Of a stretch of DNA of 64,000 nt, positions 9,165-19,896 are shown in pieces; the first letter of the stretch is position 1, and the number at the start of each line of letters is the position of its first letter. The notes under the pieces were generated by a model, which saw only the letters and a list, made by a program, of their open reading frames with translations, ran no database searches and was not told where the DNA came from. The stretch comes from an uncultured Gemmatimonadales bacterium (GTDB taxonomy: Bacteria > Gemmatimonadota > Gemmatimonadetes > Longimicrobiales > RSA9), in assembly GCA_963816355.1 (NCBI GenBank), contig CAWFKH010000006.1:288001-352000 (forward strand). The letters are read 5' to 3'. The position numbers and the translations under genes are program-made.

Positions 9165-10849
9165 GTGAAGTCACCGAAGCCGGTAGGGCGCCTCGAGCTC
9201 ACGTGGACCAACAAGCACCTGCGCCTGCTCGCACACGAGGACGGGTCCTACGAATGGGTCGAGCCCTCCGATCATCGCGTTGCGGAGGTTCGCCTGCTCC
9301 GGGATGCCGGACGGGTCGGCGACGAGGATGAGGGCGATGGGCCCGAGAACCTCCTGATCCGTGGTGACGCGCTCCACTCGCTGCTCAGCCTCTCCGCGCT
9401 GCCTGAGTATCAGGAGAAGTACGCCGGCAAGGTACGCCTCGTTTACATCGACCCTCCGTTCAATACCCAGCAGTCATTCCTCCAGTACGACGACGCTCTC
9501 GAGCACTCGGTCTGGTTGACGATGATGCGGGATAGGCTGTTGCAGACGCGGGATTTGCTTTCGATAGACGGGTCTGTGTGGGTGCACCTCGACGACTCCG
9601 AATCGGCGTACGCTCGCGTCCTTCTGGATGAGATCCTCGGGCGCGATAACTTTGTGGCCAGCATTGTCTGGGAGAAGACACACACGCGTGAGAATCGGAC
9701 GGACATATCCGTATCGCACGACTACATTCACGTTTACGCCCGTGATAAAGCAGTCTGGAAGTCCGCGCGGAACCTGCTCCCCGCGTCTAATACCCAGCTC
9801 GCTCGTTATACCAACCCTGACGACGATCCACGTGGCCCTTGGGCCTCCCTTCCGGCGCACGCCAAAGCAGAGAAGGGCCGCCGAGCTGAGCAGTATTACG
9901 ATGTTACGACGCCGTCTGGCCGGGTGGTGCGACCGCCGAAGGGCAGATGTTGGCTGTACACTCAGGATCGTTTTGAGGAGATGGTGTGTGACAGCCGAAT
10001 CTGGTTCGGGAAGATGGCGAAAACGTGCCCCGCGTGAAGAAGTTCCTGTCGGAGGTGCAGACTGGGCTGGTGCCAACCAGCATCTGGCCACACGGCGAGG
10101 TGGGCACAACGGGGACGGCCAAGGCTGAAGTCATGGCGCTCTTCCCCGACCTCCCGCCTTTTTCAACGCCGAAGCCGGAGGCTCTGCTCGAGCGGATTGT
10201 CCATATCGCCACGAACCCAGGAGACCTCGTGTTGGACTTCTTCGTAGGATCGGGCACGACTGCGGCAGTTGCGCACAAGATGAACCGTCGCTGGATAGCG
10301 GTTGAGCGGAGCGAGGAGACGGTGGCGGACTACACGCTTCCGCGCCTGCACGCGGTAGTCAGTGGCGAGGATGCCGGAGGAATCACCGCGTCGGTCGACT
10401 GGAAGGGTGGCGGTTCGTTCAAGATTGTGGACGTCGCGCCATCGATGTTCGCTGAGGTCAATGATGTCGTGGTTCTGGCCGAGTGGGCGTCTGGTGGCGA
10501 ACTGGCGGACGCGGCTGCGGCGCAGCTTGGGTTCGTTTACCGCCCGGAGCTATTACCGTTCTGCGCCCGTAAGGGCCGCTGTCGCCTGGCCGTAGTTGAT
10601 GGCCGCGTGAACCGAGCGGTAGTCGAGATGCTGTCTGGATTCTTGAACGATGACGAGACCATGCTCATTTGCGCGACGAGCCTGGACCCCGCCGCACGCG
10701 ATGCTCTTCCCCGCGGCAGCCGGCTCCAGAAGATCCCCAGCTCGATCCTCGACCGATACCGGCGCCAGTACCGAACCCGCCGCCGCTCCGAACTCGGCAT
10801 CGAGCCGGCGCCGGAGCCCGGCACCGAACAGGTGACCGCGAATGCCTGA
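9165..10849 (+). CDS. mod: Type III R-M methyltransferase subunit (apparent frameshift near 10010-10025)
   Basis: NLLIRGD, VYIDPPFNT, FSTPKPEALL and LDFFVGSGTT; adjacent to res. Confidence 0.9.
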
Positions 10850-13304
10850 CGCACTCCTCGACTTTGACCTGGCCGATGAGGTTGCGGCGCGGTTGGACCT
10901 GAGGGAGCCTAACAAGCAGGCGCTCCTCTCCATCACGTACGCACTCAGCCGCCACTACGATGCTGGTGGCCAGCCGCCATTCGAGGGCGTTGTGGACGTC
11001 GCCACAGGCGTAGGGAAAACCTACGTTATGGCGGCGGCCATCGAGTACTTCACGGCCCTTGGATTCAAGCACTACGCCGTGATCGCCCCCGGATCGACGA
11101 TCTTGGACAAGACGGTGCTGAACTTCACGTCGGGTAACCCCAAGAGCTTGCTTCGCGGGATGAACGTGAAGCCGGGACTGATCACGGCCGAGACATTCGA
11201 CAGCCCCATGGTCGCCATGCAGATGGAAGATCACCAGGCGACGAAGCTATACGTTTTTACAGTCCAATCCTTGCTAAAGCCGACGACCAAGCAGGGCCGC
11301 CGCACGCACGAGTTCCGTGAAGCGCTGGGCGAGGCCTTCTACGAGAAGCTGGTCGCGGAGCCCGATCTGATCGTCTTCGCTGACGAGCACCACACCTACT
11401 ACGGTCCGGCCTTCTCTCGCGCGATCCGTGATCTGAAGCCCTACGCCCTGATCGGTTTGACCGCCACTCCGCACCAGAGGACGCCACGGGAGCAGATAAT
11501 CTACCGCTACCCTCTGGCCGCGGCGATCGCTGATCGGTACGTGAAGACGCCGGTAATCGTTGGCCGGCGCGACGACCGAGATGACGCTCGGACCAAGCTC
11601 GCCGACGGTGCGCGCCTGCTCGAGTTCAAAGCCGAAGCGGTACGCTCGTTCGCCGCCGCGAACCGCCTGGAACCTGTGAACCCGATCATGCTGGTGATCG
11701 CACGGACCATCAATGAGGCGGAGGAGTACGCCGACCTGCTCCAATCGCCGGAGTTCATGGATGGCCGCTTCAGGGGCCGTGTGCTAACGATCCACTCGGA
11801 TCAGAGTGATGCGGCCCTCGCCGACCTCGAGAAGATCGAGCGGCCGAACAGCCCGTTCAGGATCGTCGTCTCCATCGGCATGCTCAAGGAGGGATGGGAC
11901 GTCAAGAACGTCTACGTAATCGCGTCCATGCGCGCCTCCGTGTCCGAGATCCTCACGGAGCAGACCCTCGGGCGCGGCCTGCGCCTGCCTTTCGGCCGCT
12001 ACACCGGAATCGAGATGCTGGATACCCTCGAGGTAGTTGCTCACGAGAGCTACCAGGCCCTGCTGAAGCGCGCCGACATCCTGAAGGAGGAGTTGATCGA
12101 CTACCGGACGCTGCAGGCCCGCAATGCAGACCTCGCCGGCACCACGTCGGAAGTCCAAGAGGTCCGGCCGGAGATCTTTGTGTCCGGAGCCGGTCACGGC
12201 GGGGGCGCGGTCCGGGAACGGCAGCCCGGCTTTTCCAATGCCGGGGACATGGAGCAGCAGGGTGGCTTCACGATCACATCGCTCGAGGAGCGCACAGAGG
12301 CGGTCTCGCAGCAGGTGGAGGGGCTGCAGACGGTAATTGAGGCGCTGCCGGAGTTTACCAATGTCGTCATCCCGATCGTGACCATGACGGCGGTCAAAGG
12401 CGAGTTCTCCCTCGCCAATGTCGACCCGGAGGTGTTCCGGAAGCTAGGCGAGCGGCACGCGGCGGATCCCGAAGCGCTGCTTCTCCGTACCGTCATTTCC
12501 GCCGAGGCGGAGGGCGATGACGGACGGAACGTGCGGCTCGTGACTCGGACTGCGGCGGACAAGGTCGCCGGATCGAAGATCGACGTGCCTCTGCAGGAGA
12601 GCTTGGCGTCCATACGGCGTATTATCGGGGGCTCAGACGAGGTACCCGCCCGAGGGAAGGAACTGACCTTCCTTGACGGTCTGGTGAACGCGTACGTGAG
12701 CGGCCTGGGCGACAAAGCCGAGGAGGTGCTCGGCGCCTTCCCGCTGCGGGCCGTCGCGGCTTTCCGGAAAGAACTCCAGGCGGCACAGCGGTCGTTGCAC
12801 GCGAAGCCCCAGATCGGCGAGCTATTCGAAACGCGCGCGTTAGGCCGGACGCGTCAAGGTAGGGCGCAGACTAGCCGGAATCTCGCGGGCAAGTTCGAGA
12901 AGGGTGTCGGCTACGAAGGGTGGAAGAAGAGCTACTTCCCGCAGGTCTGGTTCGACTCCGATCCCGAATTTCGATTGGCGCGCGTTGCCGACGACGCCGA
13001 GACCGTGGAGTTCTGGGTGCGGCTCACATTGGGCGACCTGAAGATTATGTATACGTCGGGGGAGAACCACTATAACCCCGATTTCTTGATCGTGCTCAAG
13101 GACGGCACGCACCTCCTGGTCGAGGTGAAAGCGGCGAAGGCGGTATCCAATGAGATCGTTCAGAAGAAGAAGGATGCTGCGAAGCGCTGGGCCCGGCACG
13201 CGTCGGCGGAGATGGGTGGGAGGTGGGAGTACCTGCTCGTCACCGAGGAAGACATCAAGGCGAGCCGCGGTTCCTGGGCGGCGGTGCGGGCGGCGGGGCA
13301 GTAA
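10842..13304 (+). CDS. res: Type III R-M restriction subunit (SF2 helicase plus PD-(D/E)xK nuclease)
   Basis: ATGVGKT, DEHH, LTAT, LKEGWD, QTLGRGLRL and YNPDF...VEVK. Confidence 0.9.
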   Translation: MPDALLDFDLADEVAARLDLREPNKQALLSITYALSRHYDAGGQPPFEGVVDVATGVGKTYVMAAAIEYFTALGFKHYAVIAPGSTILDKTVLNFTSGNPKSLLRGMNVKPGLITAETFDSPMVAMQMEDHQATKLYVFTVQSLLKPTTKQGRRTHEFREALGEAFYEKLVAEPDLIVFADEHHTYYGPAFSRAIRDLKPYALIGLTATPHQRTPREQIIYRYPLAAAIADRYVKTPVIVGRRDDRDDARTKLADGARLLEFKAEAVRSFAAANRLEPVNPIMLVIARTINEAEEYADLLQSPEFMDGRFRGRVLTIHSDQSDAALADLEKIERPNSPFRIVVSIGMLKEGWDVKNVYVIASMRASVSEILTEQTLGRGLRLPFGRYTGIEMLDTLEVVAHESYQALLKRADILKEELIDYRTLQARNADLAGTTSEVQEVRPEIFVSGAGHGGGAVRERQPGFSNAGDMEQQGGFTITSLEERTEAVSQQVEGLQTVIEALPEFTNVVIPIVTMTAVKGEFSLANVDPEVFRKLGERHAADPEALLLRTVISAEAEGDDGRNVRLVTRTAADKVAGSKIDVPLQESLASIRRIIGGSDEVPARGKELTFLDGLVNAYVSGLGDKAEEVLGAFPLRAVAAFRKELQAAQRSLHAKPQIGELFETRALGRTRQGRAQTSRNLAGKFEKGVGYEGWKKSYFPQVWFDSDPEFRLARVADDAETVEFWVRLTLGDLKIMYTSGENHYNPDFLIVLKDGTHLLVEVKAAKAVSNEIVQKKKDAAKRWARHASAEMGGRWEYLLVTEEDIKASRGSWAAVRAAGQ

Positions 13305-13313
13305 TCCCCCCAG

Positions 13314-14264
13314 TCACACCGCCAAGAGGTCGATCCTGAAGTCCTCCTGACTTCTGTGACCAGAGGGATCCTCCCACCCGACTACGACCTCGAACTCGGT
13401 CGGTGAGCCCATTGTGGGGGCCGCCATTAGAGACACGCATTCTCGTGGCCGGAGTTTTGACACCGGGAACTTCCGTTCTGCCTCCCCGGAGATCAGGACG
13501 TCCTCTTCACCTTCGTCCAGGGGCTTGAAGGCATCCAAGGTAACGTTTCTCGCCTCTGCATCGCCGTCATTCGTGAAGTCGATCCACAGCGTGCCTTGTT
13601 GCCTATGGGGCCTGACCGATACGCGAACAAAGGCACTCGGACGTGACTCGGCGGGTGTCGGCGGCGGCTGGTTCTCCGGGAGCTGCGGCAGCGGCTCCTC
13701 ACGCAACACATCCGCGATAATGTCATCGAGCGCCAGTACGTGGTGCGCAAGCTGTATGGCCGTCGACTGGACGATCATGTTGGCGACGGCACCCATCAGC
13801 GGGTTTCCGGAAAGACTCTCCCATCTCTTCCGCAGTTCGGCATCATAATCGTGGAAGACCGAGCCGTACAGCCACGCCTCGAAAACGGCTTCATGGCCCA
13901 TTCCATCCATCTCGACCTGTTTGCTCCTGACCACGGCGAGGTAGCTGTCCCGCACACGGGCCAGTTGCGGCCGGCGTTCCTCGCACCACTTCGACAGAAT
14001 GTTGAGCGACCGGAGGAGATTTGCCCCATCGCTCTGTGCGTACGTTCTGCGGAGGGCGATCATGAACGAACGGAATCGCTCGTTGTCGTGGCCCCGACGC
14101 GAGATCGAGACTGGCGCTCCGGTGCGGACTGAGATGGAGACGCCGACGTCGCCACCCGCCCGGATGATAGTCGAGTCGAAGATTTCGGCCGCGGCGCGAC
14201 GAAGCGCATGCAGGTGTGACAACTCCTCCGGCTCGAATGCGGGTATGTGTGCTGTGATCGTCAT
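13314..14264 (-). CDS. Hypothetical two-domain protein (helical N-terminal domain, Pro-rich linker, Ig/CARDB-like C-terminal domain)
   Basis: RBS GGAGGG before ATG 14264; FTNDGDAEARNV...VVGWEDPSG beta-sandwich-like pattern. Confidence 0.6.
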   Translation of the reverse strand: MTITAHIPAFEPEELSHLHALRRAAAEIFDSTIIRAGGDVGVSISVRTGAPVSISRRGHDNERFRSFMIALRRTYAQSDGANLLRSLNILSKWCEERRPQLARVRDSYLAVVRSKQVEMDGMGHEAVFEAWLYGSVFHDYDAELRKRWESLSGNPLMGAVANMIVQSTAIQLAHHVLALDDIIADVLREEPLPQLPENQPPPTPAESRPSAFVRVSVRPHRQQGTLWIDFTNDGDAEARNVTLDAFKPLDEGEEDVLISGEAERKFPVSKLRPRECVSLMAAPTMGSPTEFEVVVGWEDPSGHRSQEDFRIDLLAV

Positions 14265-14300
14265 GCCCCTCCAGTACCTACACGACACTGCGTCGGGTCG

Positions 14301-15110
14301 CTAGTCGTTTGCTCCCTCGTCGGCACGTTTCCGCGCGACGTACGCACCGGCCGCCGCGGCGAGCGTTACAATGAGCTCGGCCTCGGCCTGCTCGACTGCG
14401 CCGCCTTCGCGGATATGCCGCGCTCGTTCTGACGCGTACCCCCAGACCTTTTCCAATGCGGAGTCGAGAGGCCTCGGAACGAGGTTCGGATACCGTTTGA
14501 GAATCGCCCCCAGGGTGGCGGATGAGTCACCGACGGCATCGCGTGAAATGCATTCGAGGCCGGCGAGCGCGTGCTGCACGGCGCCTGTCACGTCAGGCTC
14601 CGGCCGTCGCGACAAGTCCAGTAGCGCCTCGTGGAACTCGCGTTGGGCAGTGCGGCGCGACGGACCGGCAAGTTCTCCTGCGACCGCATTCACGGCGGCC
14701 TCGAAGTGCTCAGGACCACGAATCTCAATCCCGCCATCCACCAAGTGCCAGCCGACACCAGCCTCGGAGAAGTACTGGTTGACCTCGCGCTCGAATGAGT
14801 CTGCGCGATCGGAGCCCTCTGCATGCTGCGCAATCGCTTCGATGATGTCGTACGCACGAAACCACTCCGCCGAAGCCATCAAGCTCTGCACCTCACCCCA
14901 GATATTCGGGAACTCAGACCAGTTGTAGTCATCAGGCGCAACGCGCAGAACTCTGCAGATCACACCGCGGAGCTCGCTAGGGCGGTAGCCAACGTCCAAC
15001 GCGATCTGAAGGACCGCGTCTCTCACGTGCTGAGGCGCATCATTCCGGATCGTGATTTCGACGGGCTTGGTCGAGAAGCCTCGCCGCTGGGAGAATCGTT
15101 CGCGTGGCAC
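14301..15110 (-). CDS. AbiJ-NTD4-like domain protein with a HEPN-like C-terminus
   Basis: FSQRRGF...AEWFRAYDIIE...VNQYF N-terminal pattern and VWGYASERARH C-terminal motif, recognised from family pattern. Confidence 0.65.
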   Translation of the reverse strand: MPRERFSQRRGFSTKPVEITIRNDAPQHVRDAVLQIALDVGYRPSELRGVICRVLRVAPDDYNWSEFPNIWGEVQSLMASAEWFRAYDIIEAIAQHAEGSDRADSFEREVNQYFSEAGVGWHLVDGGIEIRGPEHFEAAVNAVAGELAGPSRRTAQREFHEALLDLSRRPEPDVTGAVQHALAGLECISRDAVGDSSATLGAILKRYPNLVPRPLDSALEKVWGYASERARHIREGGAVEQAEAELIVTLAAAAGAYVARKRADEGAND

Positions 15111-15141
15111 AGTGCTGGAAATGAGAGTGTAGGCCCGAGCC

Positions 15142-15594
15142 TTACGCTGCGTTCAACATCTCGAGTTCGGCCAAGTCCTCGGTGAAGTCGAACACGAGCT
15201 GAATCGGCGCGCTGTCCGGATTCGAGTCGTTGTAGCTGTCCACGTCCGTCTTCAACTGCCGGCAGTCGTCAACGATTCTCTCACGTCTCTGCTGAAATGC
15301 CACCTGCATGTGCTGCCGTGGCGCCGTGCGGATATTGTCCCAAAGAACCGTCTGTCCCGAGCGCACAGCGTGCATCGTGCGCACACGTCTGTTCTTGTCG
15401 TCGGTATAGTACTCTTCACGCAACGCCCGTGCGATCTCCTTGGCACACTGCCGCACCGCCGCCTGCGGGTGTGGCCGATAGAGCCCGGCGTTCATTGCCC
15501 ACTCCGCCATGACGCGGGCCTCCGCCGGCCAAGGGTTGCCGGACATTCGGTATGTCCGCACGATCCTCTGGAGCTGCTCCTGCTTCGTTGACAT
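15142..15594 (-). CDS. Conserved hypothetical protein (150 aa) downstream of HigA-peptidase
   Basis: MSTKQEQLQRIV...IQLVFDFTEDL; RBS GAGGA; co-oriented with higBA. Confidence 0.7.
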   Translation of the reverse strand: MSTKQEQLQRIVRTYRMSGNPWPAEARVMAEWAMNAGLYRPHPQAAVRQCAKEIARALREEYYTDDKNRRVRTMHAVRSGQTVLWDNIRTAPRQHMQVAFQQRRERIVDDCRQLKTDVDSYNDSNPDSAPIQLVFDFTEDLAELEMLNAA

Positions 15595-15620
15595 CGTTCC
15601 TCGCATCTCCTCTGAGATCG

Positions 15621-16736
15621 TCAAACAGGACAGAAGTGCCCGTATCCGTCCGTCATGGCAGCCGAGGTGACGAACTCCCGGATGCCGACCAAGTGCTTCC
15701 TCAGCCAGTTGTAGCGCTCGATACGGTACTGAAGCCTCCCTACTACGATTCCCGGGTGCACACCATGCCGCCGAGCGAAACCGATCACTTTCCGCTCCGA
15801 GAACAGCGGCTGGACACGCAGGATGAAGTGCTCCAGATCCTCTTGTTTTACGCCGAACGAGGCTGCTGCCGAGTTCGCCGCCGCCTCCTGTTCCGTGAGA
15901 GCGTGAGTGTCCGGCCTCATGTCCGAGTCGATCGCCGCGTCCTGTCGAAGGACGTGCTCGAGCTCGTGCCTCAGGACGAACCAGAAGTTGTCGATCCTGT
16001 CGAAGCGCAACGTGAGGGCCACCACGGGTCGCCATGGGTCAAGCCAGAAGCACGCGCCGTCGATCTTCGATCCAGCGAGCGGCTCCACTACGAGAAATCG
16101 CACTCCGCAGGCCTCCAGGATCGCCGGCACTCGCCGGGTCTCCTCCGGTTCCGACATCAAGGCTTCGATCTCAGCCAGCCGGCTACGCAGCAACGACTCT
16201 GAGTACTTGCCGACTTGCATTGCTTCCGCGCACTGCTTGACGCGAAACACCCACGCCAGCTGCTGAGGTGAATCCCCGACGTCCAGCGACCCCGCGAGCC
16301 CCTTCCTGGCAGCGAAAGCGAGCGTCGGCTTCTCATCAGCCGAGCGAATTCCGAAAAACGACAGGACCTGATGCTCCAGGATCTCAGGGTCCTCCGCGTC
16401 CTCGATCCAGCCGCGCTGGATCATGTCCCGCACGGGGAACTTGCCGCGCAGGCGGGCCTGCACAGCAATCCGGTCGGGCGCCTCGTCGGCCTGGTGGAGG
16501 CGGTACGCCGCTTCCAGATTGAGCCAGAACATCGGGCTCGTTCCGAAGGCCGCGGCCAGCTCCTTGGCAGTTCCAGGCGTGATCGCCCTCTTCCCGTTGA
16601 TTATCTGGCTGACCAGGTTCGGCGGCCGCCCGATGATCTCCGCAAACTCCTGCTGCGACCATCCCCGAGCTTCCAACTCATCGCTCAGGAACTCCCCAGG
16701 GGAAAAGACCTCGGCGGGACTGAGCTTCTCAGCCAT
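15621..16736 (-). CDS. higA: HigA-type HTH antitoxin fused to an ImmA/IrrE (M78) peptidase
   Basis: PGEFLSDELEARGWSQQEFA...FWLNLE plus FWFVLRHELEH and EAAAN. Alternative start at 16754. Confidence 0.85.
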   Translation of the reverse strand: MAEKLSPAEVFSPGEFLSDELEARGWSQQEFAEIIGRPPNLVSQIINGKRAITPGTAKELAAAFGTSPMFWLNLEAAYRLHQADEAPDRIAVQARLRGKFPVRDMIQRGWIEDAEDPEILEHQVLSFFGIRSADEKPTLAFAARKGLAGSLDVGDSPQQLAWVFRVKQCAEAMQVGKYSESLLRSRLAEIEALMSEPEETRRVPAILEACGVRFLVVEPLAGSKIDGACFWLDPWRPVVALTLRFDRIDNFWFVLRHELEHVLRQDAAIDSDMRPDTHALTEQEAAANSAAASFGVKQEDLEHFILRVQPLFSERKVIGFARRHGVHPGIVVGRLQYRIERYNWLRKHLVGIREFVTSAAMTDGYGHFCPV

Positions 16737-16753
16737 GTAATCCTCCTCGGTCA

Positions 16754-17047
16754 TCAGTGGTAATCCTCGATTCCTATCACCCGGACCTTCTTACGGGCTC
16801 CCGTTTCGTCCAGTTCAATGATCAGCCTCCATTGTTGATTCAAGCGCATGGATCTCTGAGGCTCCCGCCCCTGCAGCTTCTCGAAATGGAGCGACTTCAT
16901 AGCGTACAGGTCGCGCTCATCCATGGCGTTGTCGATCACCTGCATGCACTTCCGGAACGCCTTGACGATCGCCTGCGAGGACCGGCCGCCGTAGCGCTTG
17001 TTCGTATACATGTCGGCGAGTTCATCGTCGAGGATCTCCCACTCCAT
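16754..17047 (-). CDS. higB: HigB/RelE-family toxin
   Basis: LHFEKLQG...SMRLNQQWRL...IEDYH. Confidence 0.9.
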   Translation of the reverse strand: MEWEILDDELADMYTNKRYGGRSSQAIVKAFRKCMQVIDNAMDERDLYAMKSLHFEKLQGREPQRSMRLNQQWRLIIELDETGARKKVRVIGIEDYH

Positions 17048-17284
17048 GGTGAACCTAACAAGCCCGATGCGAAATGCAATGACGAGTTACGTCATGCGTC
17101 ATCCGTGCGTTTCTCTGAGGCGACCGGACAGCAGGCGGGACCCGGTGCGTCGAGCCGCCCTCAGGCCCATTGATGCCAACGGCGACCGGTGCCTGGCCCC
17201 CGGCGGGATCCGGTGCCGCCGTTCGTCCCCGGTAGCGTGGCTCAACGGGCCCGAACCACGGACCCGACAACCCCGGGAGGCACC

Positions 17285-17446
17285 ATGCGCGACCACGTAA
17301 TCGAACTCACGCAGAAGCCCTATCAGGATTCGCAGATCGAAGAAGTAATCGAGCAGCTCGAGGCCGTCGATCTGGCACTCGGGACAGCACCTCGCCCACT
17401 TTGCGCTAATCGGCCCGTAGCATTCGACGCGTCCCGGAACACGTAG
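17285..17446 (+). CDS. Small hypothetical protein
   Basis: RBS GGGAGG before ATG; MRDHVIELTQKPYQ... Confidence 0.4.
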   Translation: MRDHVIELTQKPYQDSQIEEVIEQLEAVDLALGTAPRPLCANRPVAFDASRNT

Positions 17447-17800
17447 GTGCCACCCGAGCCCTCAGTGGTACCGCGCACGGATCGCCGAATGGTGCCGCGA
17501 CCCCGCAGTGCGCGCGGCCTTCGGCACCGAAGCCGTCACCAGCACTGCGCTGGCCGTACACCACCTGACGGACGAGGAGCTCCTCGTCTTCGTGCACGAC
17601 CTCATCGATCGCGCGTCCGCTGCTGCGATTCGGTCCTCGAGGGCGCACGGGCCCGGCGCCGCGCCGGGTAGCGCAGCCGGGTGGTCGCCAGTGCGCCAGG
17701 TCCTTCAGCGTGCTGGTCGACCCGGTGAAGGAGCCGAGGGTCACAGGAACTGTGCGGGCCGTCGTATGCCCGACGGGCGCACAACCATGGAGAGACGAAG

Positions 17801-18523
17801 ATGTTGACCATCGCAGTGAGCAACCGGAAGGGCGGGTCGGGGAAGACGAGCCTGGCCGTCAATGTGGCCGCCGCGTACGGGCAGACGCAGCCGACGCTGC
17901 TCATCGACCTGGACCCGCAGGCGGACGCCTCCGCCGCTCTGGGGATCAACGACGACACGGGGCAGGCGCTGGCGGACGCGCTCGTGGGCCGCGCCAGCCT
18001 GGACGCGTCCATCCGGGCGACCGAATGGGGGCTGGACGTGGCGCCGGGCGGAGAGGCGGTCAGCCACGTGCTCGATTCCGTCTCTCCCGACGCGGTCTGG
18101 ACGGCGATCGCGTCGGTTCGGTCCCGCCGCTACCGCGCTGTCGTGATCGACTGTCCGCCGGCCCTCAGCCGCCTCGTCCTTGCCGCTTGGCGTGCCGCGC
18201 CGGACGCCATCACAGTGCTCCCGGTGGACAACCCCTCGGCGCTGCGGGCGGTGCGTCGGTTCCGCCACGCCTGGGACGACGCCGGCCTGGACCCTCCCTA
18301 CCTGCGCGTCGTGCTCAGCCGGTTCGATGAGCGGCGGGTCATCGACCGGAAGCTGGCGGAGGAGGCGCGGGAGGGCCCGGAACTGCTGCTCGACGCGCGG
18401 ATTCGCGAGAGCGTGGTCGTCCCGGAGAGCGCGGCGTGGCAGCAGCCGTTGGTCGAATACGCCCCCCGGCACGCCCTGACCGAGGACATCCGCCGCGTCG
18501 CGAGGGAGTTGGCCGATGCCTAG
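17801..18523 (+). CDS. parA: ParA/Soj family ATPase
   Basis: SNRKGGSGKT, IDLDPQ and VIDCPP. Confidence 0.92.
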   Translation: MLTIAVSNRKGGSGKTSLAVNVAAAYGQTQPTLLIDLDPQADASAALGINDDTGQALADALVGRASLDASIRATEWGLDVAPGGEAVSHVLDSVSPDAVWTAIASVRSRRYRAVVIDCPPALSRLVLAAWRAAPDAITVLPVDNPSALRAVRRFRHAWDDAGLDPPYLRVVLSRFDERRVIDRKLAEEAREGPELLLDARIRESVVVPESAAWQQPLVEYAPRHALTEDIRRVARELADA

Positions 18524-19421
18524 CAAGAAGATGCCGGCGAGCGTCGCCGGAGCGGAGGCCCCGCGACGGACCCGTCCTCAGCAAGACGAAGGGGGAAGCC
18601 GACGCAGAACGAGCGGAAGGCGCGTAGGAAGGCCCGGGAGCGGAGGATCTCGGTCTTCAAGCTCGAGGCCCATCCCCTCCAGCCCGCGAGCCGCCACGCT
18701 CGAGAGAACGTCGTCGACCTCGCGAACTCGATCCGCGAGCTCGGGACGATGCTGGAGCCGCCGCTGGTGCGGCGGACGATCGACGGCGGGTACGTGATCC
18801 TCGCCGGACACAGGCGCTGCTACGCCTGGCGACACCTGGCCGCCGAAGGGGTGGTGGACCCTGAGATCGTCGTCTACGTGCTCGAGGGGATCAGCGAGGA
18901 GGACGCGGCGAAGTTCGTCGCGGCCGAGTACTTCCACCGTAAGCCGTACTCGGTGCTCCACACCGCTCGGATCGTCGGCGCGGCGCACCGTGCGATGTGC
19001 GCCGGGAGCGGCGAGGAGGTGCCGCTCCGGGAGCTGGAGGCGTGCTTCCGCTCGGCCGGACATCGCTCGGACACTACCTGACGATCCGACGCGCTCGACG
19101 ACGCCACCCTCGGGCCGCTTGTCCACTCGGTGGACAAGCCGTCCAAGTCGTTGCTGTACAAGGCGTTGAGCCAGGACGATTTTCGGGCAAGAGTGCGGGC
19201 CCTCAAGGCGATGCAGCGGAAGGCGAAGGAGCACGGCGCGGCGAAAGCCGGCGTCCGACGGTCGTCCATCCGGCGGTGAAGCGGCGGAAGAGGGGGAAGG
19301 GGTTCGTGCTAACGGTGAAGGTGGGCGTCAGGATGTCGTCGGAGGAGGTAGTGCGCTCGCGAAGCCCTCACGCGGGCCCTGGCGGAGATCGACGCCCGTC
19401 CACGGAGGAGCCAGCGGCTAA
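18516..19421 (+). CDS. parB: ParB family protein (several apparent frameshifts; end approximate)
   Basis: HPLQP...DLANSIRELG.LEPPLVR...ILAGHRR (ParB-N GxxRR box); overlaps the parA stop. Confidence 0.8.
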
Positions 19422-19522
19422 ACGCACTGGCTGGATGAGGCCTTGCGGCGGCCTGGACCCGGGCGCTGGATCAGAAGGGGCGGGCCCGGCCGACCCGGCT
19501 CGCTCCCTCCCCCTACCTCGCC

Positions 19523-19795
19523 ATGTCCACTCCGATTCTTCGATGGTCCCGTCCACATCTTGCTGCCCGCCGATGCGCTCGCCCTCCTCGAAGCCCGACT
19601 CCGGCACACCCAGGAGGCCCTCGCCGACCACCTGATCGAGCGACGCCTCGACCAGGAGCGGATCGCCACGTTGAAGTTGCAGATCCAGGAACTCCTGAGC
19701 AGGTCGTGGCCCTTCGTCGGGCGCTGGCCTCCGGGAGCACTGCAGAACCGTCAGCCGCGCCAGGTCCGCCGGTGCGGAGTGGGCCTCGACGGTAG
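19523..19795 (+). CDS. Small helical hypothetical protein (boundaries uncertain, likely frameshifted)
   Basis: Coding-like segment HILLPADALALLEARL...LKLQIQELL. Confidence 0.35.
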   Translation: MSTPILRWSRPHLAARRCARPPRSPTPAHPGGPRRPPDRATPRPGADRHVEVADPGTPEQVVALRRALASGSTAEPSAAPGPPVRSGPRR

Positions 19796-19896
19796 CGCTC
19801 TGCGGCGCCACGCAGGCGGCTCATCCCCGGTCGGATATAATCCCGCGGCCATCGGACGCCGGGTAGGCTGCCGCATCCCGAACCCTGGAGGTGCGG

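Noticed and set aside
10000..10040. Phase-variable type III mod
   Set aside because: No simple sequence repeat tract at the frameshift, only GGG/AA runs.
17165..17230. Imperfect stem (AACGGCG...CGCCGTT) as a riboswitch or ncRNA
   Set aside because: No recognisable family motif, and such stems are common at this GC content.
17665..17705. GTAGCGCAGCC segment resembling the tRNA-Pro 5' part, as a possible att site
   Set aside because: Short match, no T-arm or 3' half, and att duplication is expected from the tRNA 3' end.
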